64,000 bases of DNA from an uncultured delta proteobacterium (GTDB lineage: Bacteria > Myxococcota_A > UBA9160 > SZUA-336), in assembly GCA_963704165.1 (NCBI GenBank), contig CAVPHD010000003.1, positions 320,001 to 384,000 of the forward strand, in the 5' to 3' direction. Positions 50,211 to 61,084 of the stretch are shown here, in pieces; position 1 is the first letter of the stretch; each line of letters opens with the position of its first letter. Below the pieces are notes generated by a model that had not been told where the DNA came from, searched no databases, and saw only the letters and a program-made list of their open reading frames with translations. The position numbers were made by a program, and so were the translations under genes.

Positions 50211-51026
50211 GTGATGCTGAAGCTCGGAGTTTCGTGGATCTGCGCGGCGATCGTTCTCGTCGCATCGGGCCTGGCCAGCGCCGGCCCCTGTGATGTGACT
50301 CCGAGCGGAGGAACGGTGCAGCTGCCGCCGGCGGGCTGCGAATACCTGAGTCCGGACGAGGTGCACAAGATCATCGACGGGCTGCCGCCCGGCACGACGA
50401 TCGAGCTTGCGCCGATTCACAAGGACTTCATCTGTCGCGAAGGATCGGCCTCGGTGTGCAGCATTCCCCTTCCGCCGGGAACCTGCGAAGCGCCGGGCGG
50501 CACGCTCGGCGGCAACATCGACTGCAGCGAGTCGGTCGCCGAATTCCACCTCACCGGCACGGGCGCACTCGCCGGTTACAGCCGTGTCGTCGCGATTCCG
50601 CTCGTCATGGAAGTCAACACCGCTCCGCGTGCACCTGGCGCTCCGGTGCAGGACTTCGACACCGAGATGATCGCGTTGCAGGGCCAGATCGGCGGCGACC
50701 CGGATTTCGATCTGCTCAGGGTCACCGCCGGCACGGGCTTCGGCATGCCGAGCCCGGGACACACGACGCTGACTCTGCTGCCGGGCGGCAACTACGCGGT
50801 CGACAGCTTCTTCGACATCACCTACCGGATCGACTTCATCGGTGCGCCGGGCGGCGCGCTCGCCGGGATGGCCGGTTCGACGACCGGGACGCTCAAGATG
50901 GCGACCGGGCTCTCGTCCGCCGTCCCGGTCGTTCCCGCGCCGGGACTTGGCGTCGTCGGCCTGATCCTGCTGGCGGTCGGAGCGATGTTCATCCCGCGGC
51001 TCCGGCGGAGAATGGCAAGGGCGTAG
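50211..51026 (+). CDS. Secreted/surface Cys-containing beta-rich protein with C-terminal sorting tail (paralog 2, tandem duplicate)
   Basis: Colinear with paralog 1 (PC.VTP.GGTV.LPP.GCEYLSP; GDPDFDLLR; GMPSPGHTTLTLLP; VDSFFDITY; TTGTLKMATGLSSAVP). AGGAG lies upstream. Confidence 0.72.
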   Translation: MMLKLGVSWICAAIVLVASGLASAGPCDVTPSGGTVQLPPAGCEYLSPDEVHKIIDGLPPGTTIELAPIHKDFICREGSASVCSIPLPPGTCEAPGGTLGGNIDCSESVAEFHLTGTGALAGYSRVVAIPLVMEVNTAPRAPGAPVQDFDTEMIALQGQIGGDPDFDLLRVTAGTGFGMPSPGHTTLTLLPGGNYAVDSFFDITYRIDFIGAPGGALAGMAGSTTGTLKMATGLSSAVPVVPAPGLGVVGLILLAVGAMFIPRLRRRMARA

Positions 51027-51063
51027 ATCGAGTAGGGGCCGAGTCGGGCCTCATCGAATTCGG

Positions 51064-51103
51064 GACCCCGATCCTGCCCGCCAGGGTCGGGGTTCTTCGT
51101 TTC
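51064..51103 (+). terminator. Putative intrinsic terminator after paralog 2
   Basis: Stem GACCCCGATCCTG / CAGGGTCGGGGTT (with G-U pairs), 5-nt loop, followed by CTTCGTTTC. Confidence 0.55.
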
Positions 51104-51229
51104 GCGCTCACGACATCGCCTCAAACTGATTTACTCGCACTTTCGATCGTGGGACACTTTCGGGACATCCCCAGCCGTATGACGGTGACTGGCGACGACG
51201 GCGGTCCTCCATGGCGTCGCTTCGCCGAA

Positions 51230-52228
51230 ATGATGGATTCGGTGTTGGATCAGCTGTCGTCCCTGATTCGGAGTCGCGCGCTCGGGATCGACTCGAGCGA
51301 GGTGGAGTTCGCGAAGCGCGGGTTCGTGCGCCGGGATCCGCTCGCGGTTTCGCGACTCGAGGGTGTCGCTCGGACCTTCGTCCTCGGCTATCGCCTGGCG
51401 CTCGCACAGCCGTCGCCCGATCTCCTCGCGCGGGAGCTCGACCGCGTGCCGTCGGAGCTCCGGGGATTCGCCTATGAAGGCGCGGGAATGGCGCTCGCGT
51501 TGCTCGACCGCCTGACGCCGTGGCGTCGCGATCGCCTTCACGCATTCCTCGCGGGTCCGGCGGATGCGCACGTCTACATGGTGCTGATCGGCGCCGGTTG
51601 GGCTTGGGCGCGACTCCGACGTCGCGTGGACGCGCTCCTGCGGCCGCTCGATCCGGTGCTCGGCTGGCTTGCCCTCGACGGCTACGGATTTCACGAGGGT
51701 TTCTTCCACACCGAACGAACCGTCGAGCGCCACGAACGGCCCGCGCGCCTGCGTGGCTACGCGCTGCGCGCCTTCGACGCCGGACTCGGCCGCTCCCTCT
51801 GGTTCGTCTGCTGCGCAGACCCGGACGCCGTCTCCGCTTGCATCGCGCGCTTCCCGTCCGAGCGCCACGGCGATCTGTGGAGCGGCATCGGTCTGGCCTG
51901 CTCGTACGCGGGTGGCGCGAATGCCGACGCGATCGATGCGCTGCTCGGGCTCGCGAGCGCTCACCGCGGGTCGCTCGCCCAGGGGGCGGCCTTCGCCGCC
52001 GAGGCGCGGCAGCGTGCGGGGATTCCGGCGGAACACACCCGATGCGCGGTCGAACGCATCACCCGCACGTCCGTCGAGCTCGCGGCCAAGATCTGTCACA
52101 GCGAGCTCTCGAAGGTCGAACGGCGCGCGCCGGACGCGAACGGCGACCCGAGGTTCGAAGAGTGGCGGCGCGGGATCCACGAGGCACTCGTGCGCGGCCT
52201 CCACGCTGACGAGGGAGCGCGAGCATGA
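51230..52228 (+). CDS. E3: Enediyne biosynthesis protein E3 (UnbL, DUF1702 family)
   Basis: RGFAYEGAGM, H.YM..IG.GWA.ARL, WLA.DGYGFHEGFF, D.GLGRSLWF, DLWSGIGLA..YAGG and LAQGAAF. First gene of the cassette. Confidence 0.92.
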   Translation: MMDSVLDQLSSLIRSRALGIDSSEVEFAKRGFVRRDPLAVSRLEGVARTFVLGYRLALAQPSPDLLARELDRVPSELRGFAYEGAGMALALLDRLTPWRRDRLHAFLAGPADAHVYMVLIGAGWAWARLRRRVDALLRPLDPVLGWLALDGYGFHEGFFHTERTVERHERPARLRGYALRAFDAGLGRSLWFVCCADPDAVSACIARFPSERHGDLWSGIGLACSYAGGANADAIDALLGLASAHRGSLAQGAAFAAEARQRAGIPAEHTRCAVERITRTSVELAAKICHSELSKVERRAPDANGDPRFEEWRRGIHEALVRGLHADEGARA

Positions 52229-54234
52229 GGGACCAGCCGTCGCCTGCACGTCGCCACGCGGCCCGACTGGTGGCCGTCGCGGTGGTCGTCGCCATCTTCT
52301 CCATCGTCGGCCTGCCCGAGCTCGAGCCGGCCGAGCGCGCGGCGTTGGCATCGCGATTCCGCTTCACGCCCGTAAAGCTCGAGGAGTGGCCCGAGGGCCC
52401 GTACCAGACGCGGCGCGCGGTGAACCCGAGTCTCGAGCGCCACTCCGGCTGGATCTCGGCGGTGGGCGCGGCGGTCGCGCTCGCCGACCTCGACGGCGAC
52501 GGACTGAGCAACGACGTGTGTCACGTCGATCCGCGCACCGATCTCGTCACGTTGTCGCCGGTGCCGGGAGGCGAGCCTCGCTATCCGATCGTCGCGCTCT
52601 CGGTCGGCGGCCTGCCCTACGACCGCGCGACGATGGCGCCGATGGGCTGCGTGCCGGGCGACTTCAACGAGGACGGGCGCACGGACCTGCTCGTGTACTA
52701 CTGGGGCCGCGCGCCGATCGCGTTCCTGAGCCGCGCCGCACCCGGCGATCCGCCGAGCGCAACCGGCTACCTTCCGCTCGAGCTGACCCAGAGCGGCGAG
52801 CGCTGGTTCACCAACGCCGCCACGTTTGCCGACATCGACGGCGACGGTCACGCGGACCTGTTGATCGGAAACTACTTCCAGGATGGCGCGCGCATCCTCG
52901 ACGCGAACGCCACGGCGCCGGACTCGATGCAGCACTCGATGTCGCGCGCCTACAACGGGGGCAAGAACCGCGTCTTCCTGTGGGCCGCGAAGGACTCGGG
53001 CAATGCCCACGAGCCCCGCGTGGCCTACCGCGAGGTGAACGGCGTCTTCGACGAGATCTCACTCCACGCCTGGACGCTCGCGATCGGCGCGGCCGACCTC
53101 GACGGTGACCTGCTCCCCGAGCTCTACTACGCCAACGACTTCGGCCCGGATCGCCTGTACCGAAACGTCTCGGGCCGGGGACGTCCGCGCTTCGCGCTGG
53201 TCGAGGGAACGCGCGGGATCAACACGCCCCGCTCGCGTGTGCTCGGCCGGGACTCCTTCAAGGGGATGGGCGTCGATTTCGCCGACGTCAACGACGACGG
53301 CCGACTCGACTTCTTCGTCAGCAACATCTCCGACGAGTACGCACTGCTCGAGAGTCACTTCCTGTTCGTGAGTCACGGTGACTGGGGCGACGAGGCCGAC
53401 GGCGTCGCGCCGTACGAAGACGATGGCGATGCCCTCGGCGTCGCGCGGAGCAGCTGGGGCTGGGACACGCGCTTCGGCGATTTCGACAACGACGGCGTGC
53501 CCGAGGCGCTGCAGGCGACGGGATTCGCGAAGGGCGAGACCGACCGCTGGCCCGAACTGCAGGAGCTCGCGACCGCGAACGACGAGCTGCTCGCGATCGC
53601 CGGCACCTGGCCACGCTTTCAGGCCGGCGACGACCTCTCGGGCCACGCTCCGAATCCGTTCTACGTGCGCGCCGCCGACGGGCGCTTCCACGACGTGGCC
53701 GCGGAGCTCGGGATCGACCAGCCACAGGTCACGCGCGGCATCGCCACCGCCGACGTCGACGGCGACGGAGACCTCGACTTCGCGATCGCGAACCAGTGGG
53801 AGCCCTCGCTCTTCTACCGGAACGAGCGCGGCGAGGCGGGCTCGGGATTCCTCGGCCTGCACCTGGTGCATCCGGTCGCGGCCGGTGCCAAGGAGGTTCG
53901 GGTGCAACGGGGCCACCCGCACGGAGGCACGTCTCCAGCGATCGGCGCCTCGGCCACCGTGCGGCGCGCGGACGGTCGCGTGCTCGTCGGTCAGGTCGAT
54001 GGCGGAAACGGCCATTCCGGCGTGCGCAGTCCCGAGCTCCACTTCGGCCTCGGAGATGCGGGCCAACACCCAAGCGCCGTCGAGGTCCGCTATCGCGATC
54101 GCTTCGGACGGCCGAATTCGATCGAGCTCATGCTCGAGCCGGGCTGGCACACGGTGGTCTTGCCCGATGCGCCGCCTCCCACGTGGCTGGCCAGCACGTC
54201 GGCATCGGCGCCGCGCGCGGGAGAAACGCGATGA
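52225..54234 (+). CDS. E4: Enediyne biosynthesis protein E4 (UnbV; CRTAC1/ASPIC-like with FG-GAP repeats)
   Basis: WISAVGAAVALADLDGDGL.ND, APMGCVPGDFNEDG, ANDFGPD, DSFKGMG, WPELQELA and VDGGNGHSG.RS. N-terminal TM/signal. Confidence 0.93.
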   Translation: MRDQPSPARRHAARLVAVAVVVAIFSIVGLPELEPAERAALASRFRFTPVKLEEWPEGPYQTRRAVNPSLERHSGWISAVGAAVALADLDGDGLSNDVCHVDPRTDLVTLSPVPGGEPRYPIVALSVGGLPYDRATMAPMGCVPGDFNEDGRTDLLVYYWGRAPIAFLSRAAPGDPPSATGYLPLELTQSGERWFTNAATFADIDGDGHADLLIGNYFQDGARILDANATAPDSMQHSMSRAYNGGKNRVFLWAAKDSGNAHEPRVAYREVNGVFDEISLHAWTLAIGAADLDGDLLPELYYANDFGPDRLYRNVSGRGRPRFALVEGTRGINTPRSRVLGRDSFKGMGVDFADVNDDGRLDFFVSNISDEYALLESHFLFVSHGDWGDEADGVAPYEDDGDALGVARSSWGWDTRFGDFDNDGVPEALQATGFAKGETDRWPELQELATANDELLAIAGTWPRFQAGDDLSGHAPNPFYVRAADGRFHDVAAELGIDQPQVTRGIATADVDGDGDLDFAIANQWEPSLFYRNERGEAGSGFLGLHLVHPVAAGAKEVRVQRGHPHGGTSPAIGASATVRRADGRVLVGQVDGGNGHSGVRSPELHFGLGDAGQHPSAVEVRYRDRFGRPNSIELMLEPGWHTVVLPDAPPPTWLASTSASAPRAGETR

Positions 54235-55235
54235 GCTCGGTCCTCTCGGACACGCCGGGGTTTCATCCCGCGACCCGGCCGGAGCGACCCGCGCCGACGC
54301 CGCTCCGCGCGAGCGACATCGACTGGGCGCAGCAGATCCGACTCGGTGGACTGCGCCGCTTCGCGTTCGCGATCACGCTCTTGAACGTCGTCGGTCACCT
54401 CTACCTCGGCTTCGAGACGTCCTGGCTGCACCCGTTGGCTGCACTCGCCACCGGCTACACGCTCGAGCTCCTGCTCGAGACCATCGACGCGCGGGCCAAG
54501 GGACGCGTGGCGCGTTATCGCATCGGTGGTCTCACGGGGTTCGGTGATTTCCTGCTCTCGGCGCACATCTCGTCGCTCGCCGTGTCGATGCTCCTCTACC
54601 CCAACGAGCACCTCGCCCCGGTGATCTTCGCGACCTCCGTCGCGATCGGGTCGAAAGTGGCGCTGCAGGTCGAGGTGGGCGGGCGCCTGCGGCACTTCAT
54701 GAACCCGTCGAACTTCGGGATCGCCGCCACGCTCTGGTTCTTCCCGTGGGTCGGCATCGCGCCGCCCTACCAGTTCACCGAGAACATCTCGGGGCCGTGG
54801 GACTGGGCGTTTCCGCTGCTGATCATCTTCACCGGCAGCTTCATCAACACACGCTTCACGCGCCGACTCCCGCTTCTTCTCGCCTGGCTCGGCGGCTTCG
54901 CCGCACAGGCGCTGCTGCGGCACTGGCTCTTCGATTCCGCGCTGGTTCCGTCGCTGGCGCCGATGACCGGTCTCGCGTTCCTGCTCTTCACCTTCTACAT
55001 GGTGACCGATCCGCCGACGACGCCGAGCTCGACGCGAAACCAGATCTTCTTCGGGCTCGCGACCGCCGCGACCTACGGCGTGCTGATGGCCTGCCATCTC
55101 GTGTTCGGGCTCTTCTTCTCGCTCGTCATCGTCTGCTTCGCGCGCGGGAGCTGGCATTTCCTCGCGTCGCTGCCGCGCGCGGCTCGGGCGCAGAACGACG
55201 ACTCGGACGCGGTTGCGGGCCCGCGGTCCATCTGA
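54231..55235 (+). CDS. E5: Enediyne biosynthesis membrane protein E5 (UnbU)
   Basis: LRRFA.AIT.LN..GH..LGFE, RHFMNPSNFGI, IAPPYQFTEN and YMVTDP.TTP. ATGA overlap with E4. Confidence 0.92.
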   Translation: MSSVLSDTPGFHPATRPERPAPTPLRASDIDWAQQIRLGGLRRFAFAITLLNVVGHLYLGFETSWLHPLAALATGYTLELLLETIDARAKGRVARYRIGGLTGFGDFLLSAHISSLAVSMLLYPNEHLAPVIFATSVAIGSKVALQVEVGGRLRHFMNPSNFGIAATLWFFPWVGIAPPYQFTENISGPWDWAFPLLIIFTGSFINTRFTRRLPLLLAWLGGFAAQALLRHWLFDSALVPSLAPMTGLAFLLFTFYMVTDPPTTPSSTRNQIFFGLATAATYGVLMACHLVFGLFFSLVIVCFARGSWHFLASLPRAARAQNDDSDAVAGPRSI

Positions 55236-55238
55236 AGC

Positions 55239-58200
55239 ATGCGCGAGCCCATCGCCATCGTTGGGCTCGCCTGCTCTTATCCCGACGCGAACTCCCCCGC
55301 TGAGCTCTTCGAGAACGTGCTCGCGGGTCGCCGTGCGTTCCGGCGGATTCCAGAAGAGCGGCTCTCACTGGCCGACTATGGCTCGACGGACGCCGGCGAC
55401 GTCGACCGCACCTACGTCACGCAGGCCGCGACGATCGAGGGCTACGAGTTCGACCGGGTGCGCTTCAAGATCGTCGGCAGCACCTATCGATCGGCGGATC
55501 TGACCCACTGGCTCGCGCTCGACGTGGCCGACCGCGCACTCACCGACGCCGGCTTCGCAGACGGCGACGGACTTCCCCGGGAGCGAACCGGCGTGATCCT
55601 GGGCAACACGCTGACGGGGGAGTTCTCGCGCGCGCAGGCGATGCGGCTGCGCTGGCCGTACGTGGAGCGTGTGCTCTCGGACACCCTCGGCGACCTCCTG
55701 CCCGACGCGTCCGCGCGCGCAAGCTGGCTCGCCGAGCTCGAGTCCCGCTACAAGGCGCCCTTCGAGGCCTTTGGTGACGAGAGCCTGGCGGGCGGACTCG
55801 CAAACACGATCGCGGGCCGCATCTGCAACTTCTTCGATCTGAAAGGCGGCGGATTCACCGTCGATGGCGCGTGCTCCTCGTCGCTGCTCGCCGTCGCCAA
55901 CGCGTGCGCGGCGCTCGCCGCGCGCGATCTCGACGTGGCGATCACGGGCGGCGTCGATCTCAGCCTCGACCCGTTCGAGCTGGTCGGCTTCGCGCGTGCG
56001 GGCGCGCTCGCTCGCGACGAGATGCGCGTGTACGACCGCCGCGCACAGGGCTTCTGGCCGGGCGAAGGCTGCGGTCTCCTGGTGCTGATGCGCGAACCCG
56101 ACGCGATCGAGCGGGGCCTGCGCGTCTACGCGCGCATCCGCGGCTGGGGCATCGCATCCGACGGGGCCGGCGGCATCTCGCGTCCCGAAGCGGCGGGGCA
56201 AGTGCTCGCGCTGCGCCGCGCGTACGCTAGCGCCGGCTTCGGACCCGAGACGGTCGCCTGCTTCGAGGGCCACGGAACCGGAACGGAAATCGGCGATGCG
56301 ACCGAGCTCGAGGCCCTGACGCAGCTGCTTCGCGAGAACGGCGCGGGTCGCGACGCGCCGGCTTCGATCGGATCGATCAAGGCGAACATCGGACACACGA
56401 AGGCCGCGTCGGGTGCGGCCGGACTGATCAAGGCCACGCTCGCGCTTCACCGGCAGTTGCTGCCTCCGATGCCCGGCTGCGAATCGCCCCACGCGCTGGT
56501 CGGAAGCGGCGCGCTGCTTCGCGTGCAGACGCTGGCTTCGCCCTGGCCACAGGACCGGCCGCTGCGTGCAGCCGTCAGCTCGATGGGCTTTGGCGGCATC
56601 AACACCCACGTCGTGCTCGACTCGCAGGCGAGTCGCCGCCGCCCCGCGCTTTCGCGTCGCGAGCGCGCGCTCCAGACGACGAAGCAGGACACCGAGCTGT
56701 GTTTGTTCGCCGAGGACTCGGCGCCGCAGCTGCGAGCTCGGGTCCAGGCGCTGCTTCCGCTCTCGCGCCGCATCTCGCAGGCCGAGCTCTCCGACCTCGC
56801 CGCGAGCTTGGCCGCAGAGGTCGCCGCCCGGCCGCCGGGCCCCCGCGCGCGAGCGGCCGTCGTGGCCTCGCGACCCGACGAGCTCACGACGCAGCTCGAG
56901 CGTCTGGTCGCGGCGATCGATCGCGCGACACAGAACGGCGACGCGATCTCGATCGAGCCGGAGCGCGGGGTCTTCTTCGGCGCTCGATCCGGAGATCCCC
57001 ACATCGGCTTGCTCTTTCCCGGCCAGGGCGCGCCCGTGCATCCGGACCTCGGCGCCCTGGCGCCGTGGCTCGACGGCGATCCGCTCGGGTCGCTGCACGC
57101 CGCGGCCATCGCTCCCGCGCACGAGGCCGGGCTCTTCGCCGGCTCCACCCCGATCGAGCGCGGAGAGATCGTCGACACCTCCCTCGCGCAGCCGGCGATC
57201 GTCGCGGCCTCCGTCGCGAGCGCGCTCATGCTCGAAGCACTCGGGGTCGTGGCCGAGGTCGCGGTGGGGCACAGCCTCGGCGAGATCGCCGCGCTCGCGT
57301 GGAGCGGATCGCTAACGCCCGGCGCTTCGGTTCGGCTCGCCGCCTCGCGCGGGCGGATCATGGCGGAGCTCGGTCACGACGACGGCGCGATGGCGAGCCT
57401 GGCCGTCGATCCAGACACGGCGCAGCGTCTGATCGCGACCGAGCCCTGCGTCATCGCCGCCCGGAACGGTCCCATTCGTACGGTCATCGCCGGCGATACC
57501 GCGGCCGTCTCGCGCGTGATCGAACGCGCGGCCGCGCAGCGCATCGCGGCGACTCGCCTCGCCGTGTCACACGCCTTCCACTCGCCTCACGTCGCGGACT
57601 GCGCGCCGGCTCTCGCGAAGGCGCTCTCTTCCGTTCCGTTCGAGGCGCCGCAACGGCGCGTCGTCTCCACGCGCACGGGCCTGCCGCTCGGCACCGACGC
57701 CGACCTCCGACTGCACCTCGTCCGGCAGGTGACCGAGCCGGTTCTCTTCTCGGACGCGGTGACGCGAGCGGCCGTCGGCCTCGACCTGTGGATCGAGGCG
57801 GGGCCGGGGCGAATGCTCGGCGCGCTCGCTTCCGATCTCGGCGACACACCGGTGATCCCGCTCGACAGCGGCGGCCCGACGTTTCGGGGTCTGCTCGCGG
57901 CCGTCGGCGCCGCGTTCGCTCTCGGCGCTCCGGTCGACACCGCGCGGCTCTTCGCCCACCGCGTCACCAAGCCCTTCGATCCCGAGCGGCCGCTCTCGTT
58001 CTTCTCGAACCCGTGCTGTGTGGATCGTGATCCGTCGACCGTGCCGGACGCCGCGCCAGGCCGCGCGCTTCCGGATGCAAACGATCGCAGCGTCGGGCAG
58101 AGCACGCTCGACGTGCTGCGCGGGCTCGTCGCTTCTCGCTGCGAGCTTCCCGTTTCCGCGATCGGCCCCGACGATCGCTTCCTGAGCGACCTGCACCTGA

Positions 58201-61084
58201 CCTCGATCGCGGTGAGCGAGCTCGCGTCCCGGGCCGCTCGCGAGCTGTCGCGTCCGCCGCTCGTCGCGCCGAACGAGTTCGCCGACGCCACCGTGGCCGA
58301 GCTCGCGCGCGCGATCGAGTCCGAGGAGCGAGAGCTCGTGATGGGATCTTTCGTCGCGGGTGTGGACGCGTGGGTGCGCGGCTTCGAGGTCGTCTCGGTC
58401 GCGCGCGCGCGGCCGCGCGACTCGGCGATCGGCGGGCGACGCGAGGGCCCATGGTCGTGGCGGACCTTCCTCGAACCCGGCGACGAGCTCGGCGAGGCGA
58501 TCGCGCACGCGCTGCGGAGCTTTGCGGGCAGCGACGGCGTGCTCGTCCACCTGCCGACGACGCCGGCGTTTCTCGCCCAGCTTCCCCGGCTGCTCGAAGC
58601 CGCGCGAGCCGCGAACGAGAGCCTCGACGCGCGCCACTTCGTGCTCGTCCATCACGGCGACGCGAGCGCGACGATCGCCCGCACGCTCCACCAGGAGGCG
58701 CGCAACCTCGCCAGCCGGGTGATCGAGCTGCCCCCGTTCGACATCGCCGACGCTGCGGCGTGGGTGCTCGCCGAGGTGCGCGCGGGGTCCGCCTGGAGCG
58801 AGGCTCGCTACGACGGCGACGGAAACCGCTTCGAGCGGCGCTTGCGTCCCCTCCCGCTCGGAGCGGCCGCAGAGACCGGACTTCCCGTCGGCGCGAACGA
58901 CGTGCTGCTCGTGAGTGGCGGCGGCAAGGGCATCGCGGCCGAATGCGCTCTTGCGCTCGCGCGCGAGAGCGGCTGCGCGCTCGGGCTGATCGGTCGCTCG
59001 CGACCGGAGAGCGACGGACGCGCTGCGGGAGAACCTCGAGCGCTTCCGGGCCGCCGGCGTCCGCGTCGCCTACGCAGCCGGCCGACGTCTGCGATGCGCG
59101 CGAGGTCGGCATCGCGTTGCGCGAGATCGAGACGCGACTCGGGCCCGTGCGCGGACTCGTGCACGCAGCCGGGCTCAATCGACCCGACGTGCTCGCGCTT
59201 CTCGAGATCGGCGATTTCCGCGACACGCTCGCACCGAAGCTCGACGGGCTCGAGAACCTGCTCTCGCAGATCGACACGCGCCGGCTGCGCTGCCTGGTGG
59301 GATTCGGCTCGATCATCGCCGAGCTCGGGCTGCCCGGCGAAGCCCACTACGCGCTCGCAAACGAAATGCTGACGCGGCGAATCGAGGACTTCGCATCCGC
59401 CCACCCGCACACCCGCTGCCTCTCGCTCGCCTGGTCGATCTGGTCCGGGGTGGGAATGGGGGAGAGGCTCGGCCGGGTCGAAACCCTGTCGGCCCGGAAC
59501 ATCTCGGCGATCACGCCCGACCAAGGGGTCGCCTGGCTCGCGAAGCTGCTGCGTCGGAGCGATGCCCCGGTGCGGACGGTGGTGTCGGGTCGGTTCGGAC
59601 ACCCGCCGACGCTGACACACGTCGAGCAGACGCTTCCGGCGTTGCGCTTCCTCGAACGCGTTCGCGAACACGTTCCGCGCGTCGAGCTCGTCGCCGACGC
59701 GGAGCTCTCGCTCGAGTCCGATCCCTATCTCGCCGACCACGTCTACCGAGGAGAGTCGATCGTGCCGGGCGTGATCGGGCTCGAGGCCTTCGCGCAGATC
59801 GCCGGGGCGCTCGCGAATCACGCGCGGCTGCCGACGTTCGAGGACGTCCGCTTCGAGCAGCCGATCGTGCTACCGCCCGAGGGAAAGCGAACCGTGCGCG
59901 TCGCGGCGCTGGCGTCGGCGGAACCGGACGACGACCGGATCCAGCTTCGGCTCCGCACGGACGGCAACGCGTACCAGGTCCAGCACATCTCGGCCGAGGT
60001 CGGCTTCGTCGATCGAGTCGAGATGATTCCGACCGCGCTCGCCCCCGCGCCGAAGCACGACGCTCCCGTCGTCCTCGAAGACGGAGCGACGTTGTACGGC
60101 GACCTCTTCTTCCACCGCGGCCGGTTCGCGCGCGTGATTCGCTATCGCGCGCTCCACAGCGACGGCTGCGTGGCCGAGATCGCCGGCCGGGACGAGCCGT
60201 TCTTCGGCGCGTTCCAGCCGGGACGACTCTGCCTGGGGGATCCGGGCGCGCGCGACGCGGCGATCCACGCGATCCAGGCCTGTGTACCCGATCGGGATCT
60301 CCTGCCGATCGGCGTGCGGAGAATCGTCGCCGGCCGGCTCGAGGGGCACGCGCTTCTGCGACTGCGCGCGGTCGAGCGCGGCCGGCACGGGGGTCGCTAC
60401 GAGTACGACCTCGAGATCTCGACTCCGGAAGGTGAGGTGCTCGAACGCTGGGAAGGCCTCGCGCTGCAGGAGGTCGCGGGCGCCGCGCGTCGCGAGATCT
60501 GGCCGGCAGCGTTGCTCGCGCCGCGACTCGAGGAGTACGCGAAGGCGCTCTGGCCGGATGCGAGGGTGCGCGCAGCCTTCCTGCCCGACTCGGCGGCCGC
60601 GACGAGCGAGCTTGCGCTCCATGCAGCCCGCGGCGTGCCCGGTCGGCTCCGCCATCGGCTCGACGGACGGCCGGAGATCGATGGAGCGGGCGCGGTCAGC
60701 GTCAGTCACTCGGCCGGTCACACACTCGCGGTCTCCGCCGATGTCGATCTCGCCTGCGACGTCGAGGTCGTGAGCGAGCGCAGCGCGGAAACCTGGCGGG
60801 ACATGCTCGGCTTGGAAAGCCATGCGGCGGCACGCCAGCTCGCGGATCGAAGCGAGGAACCCTTCGACGTCAGCGCGACGCGACTCTGGGGGGCGAGCGA
60901 GTGCGTGCGCAAGCTCGGACTTCCGCGCGAAACACCGATCACGCTCTCCACACCGCTCGGGAATGGCGCGCTGCGCCTCCACGTCGGGCGCACGGAGATG
61001 CTCAGCTTCTCGGCTCGGCTGGCGGGCGCGGATGCGGCACGGATCTTCAGTCTTCTGGTTCGGAGCGGCGATGCGAGCGTTTGA
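55239..61084 (+). CDS. pksE: Enediyne iterative type I polyketide synthase (KS-AT-ACP-KR-DH-PPTase); two +1 frameshifts at about 59016 and 59080 in the KR (probable sequencing errors)
   Basis: KS: DGACSSS, EGHGTGT, NIGHTKAA, GEFSRA..MRLRWPYV. AT: GHSLGE, HAFHS. ACP: SDLHLTSI. KR: SGGGKGI, GEAHYALAN. DH: YLADH...PGV.GLEA. PPTase: SVSH...ACDVE...W...ECVRK. Removing two G bases gives about 1947 aa. Confidence 0.95.

Noticed and set aside
59010..59090. Programmed frameshift or naturally split two-gene PKS
   Set aside because: Two separate extra G bases fall inside the KR domain with no slippery sequence, and the same error pattern occurs in many unrelated genes.
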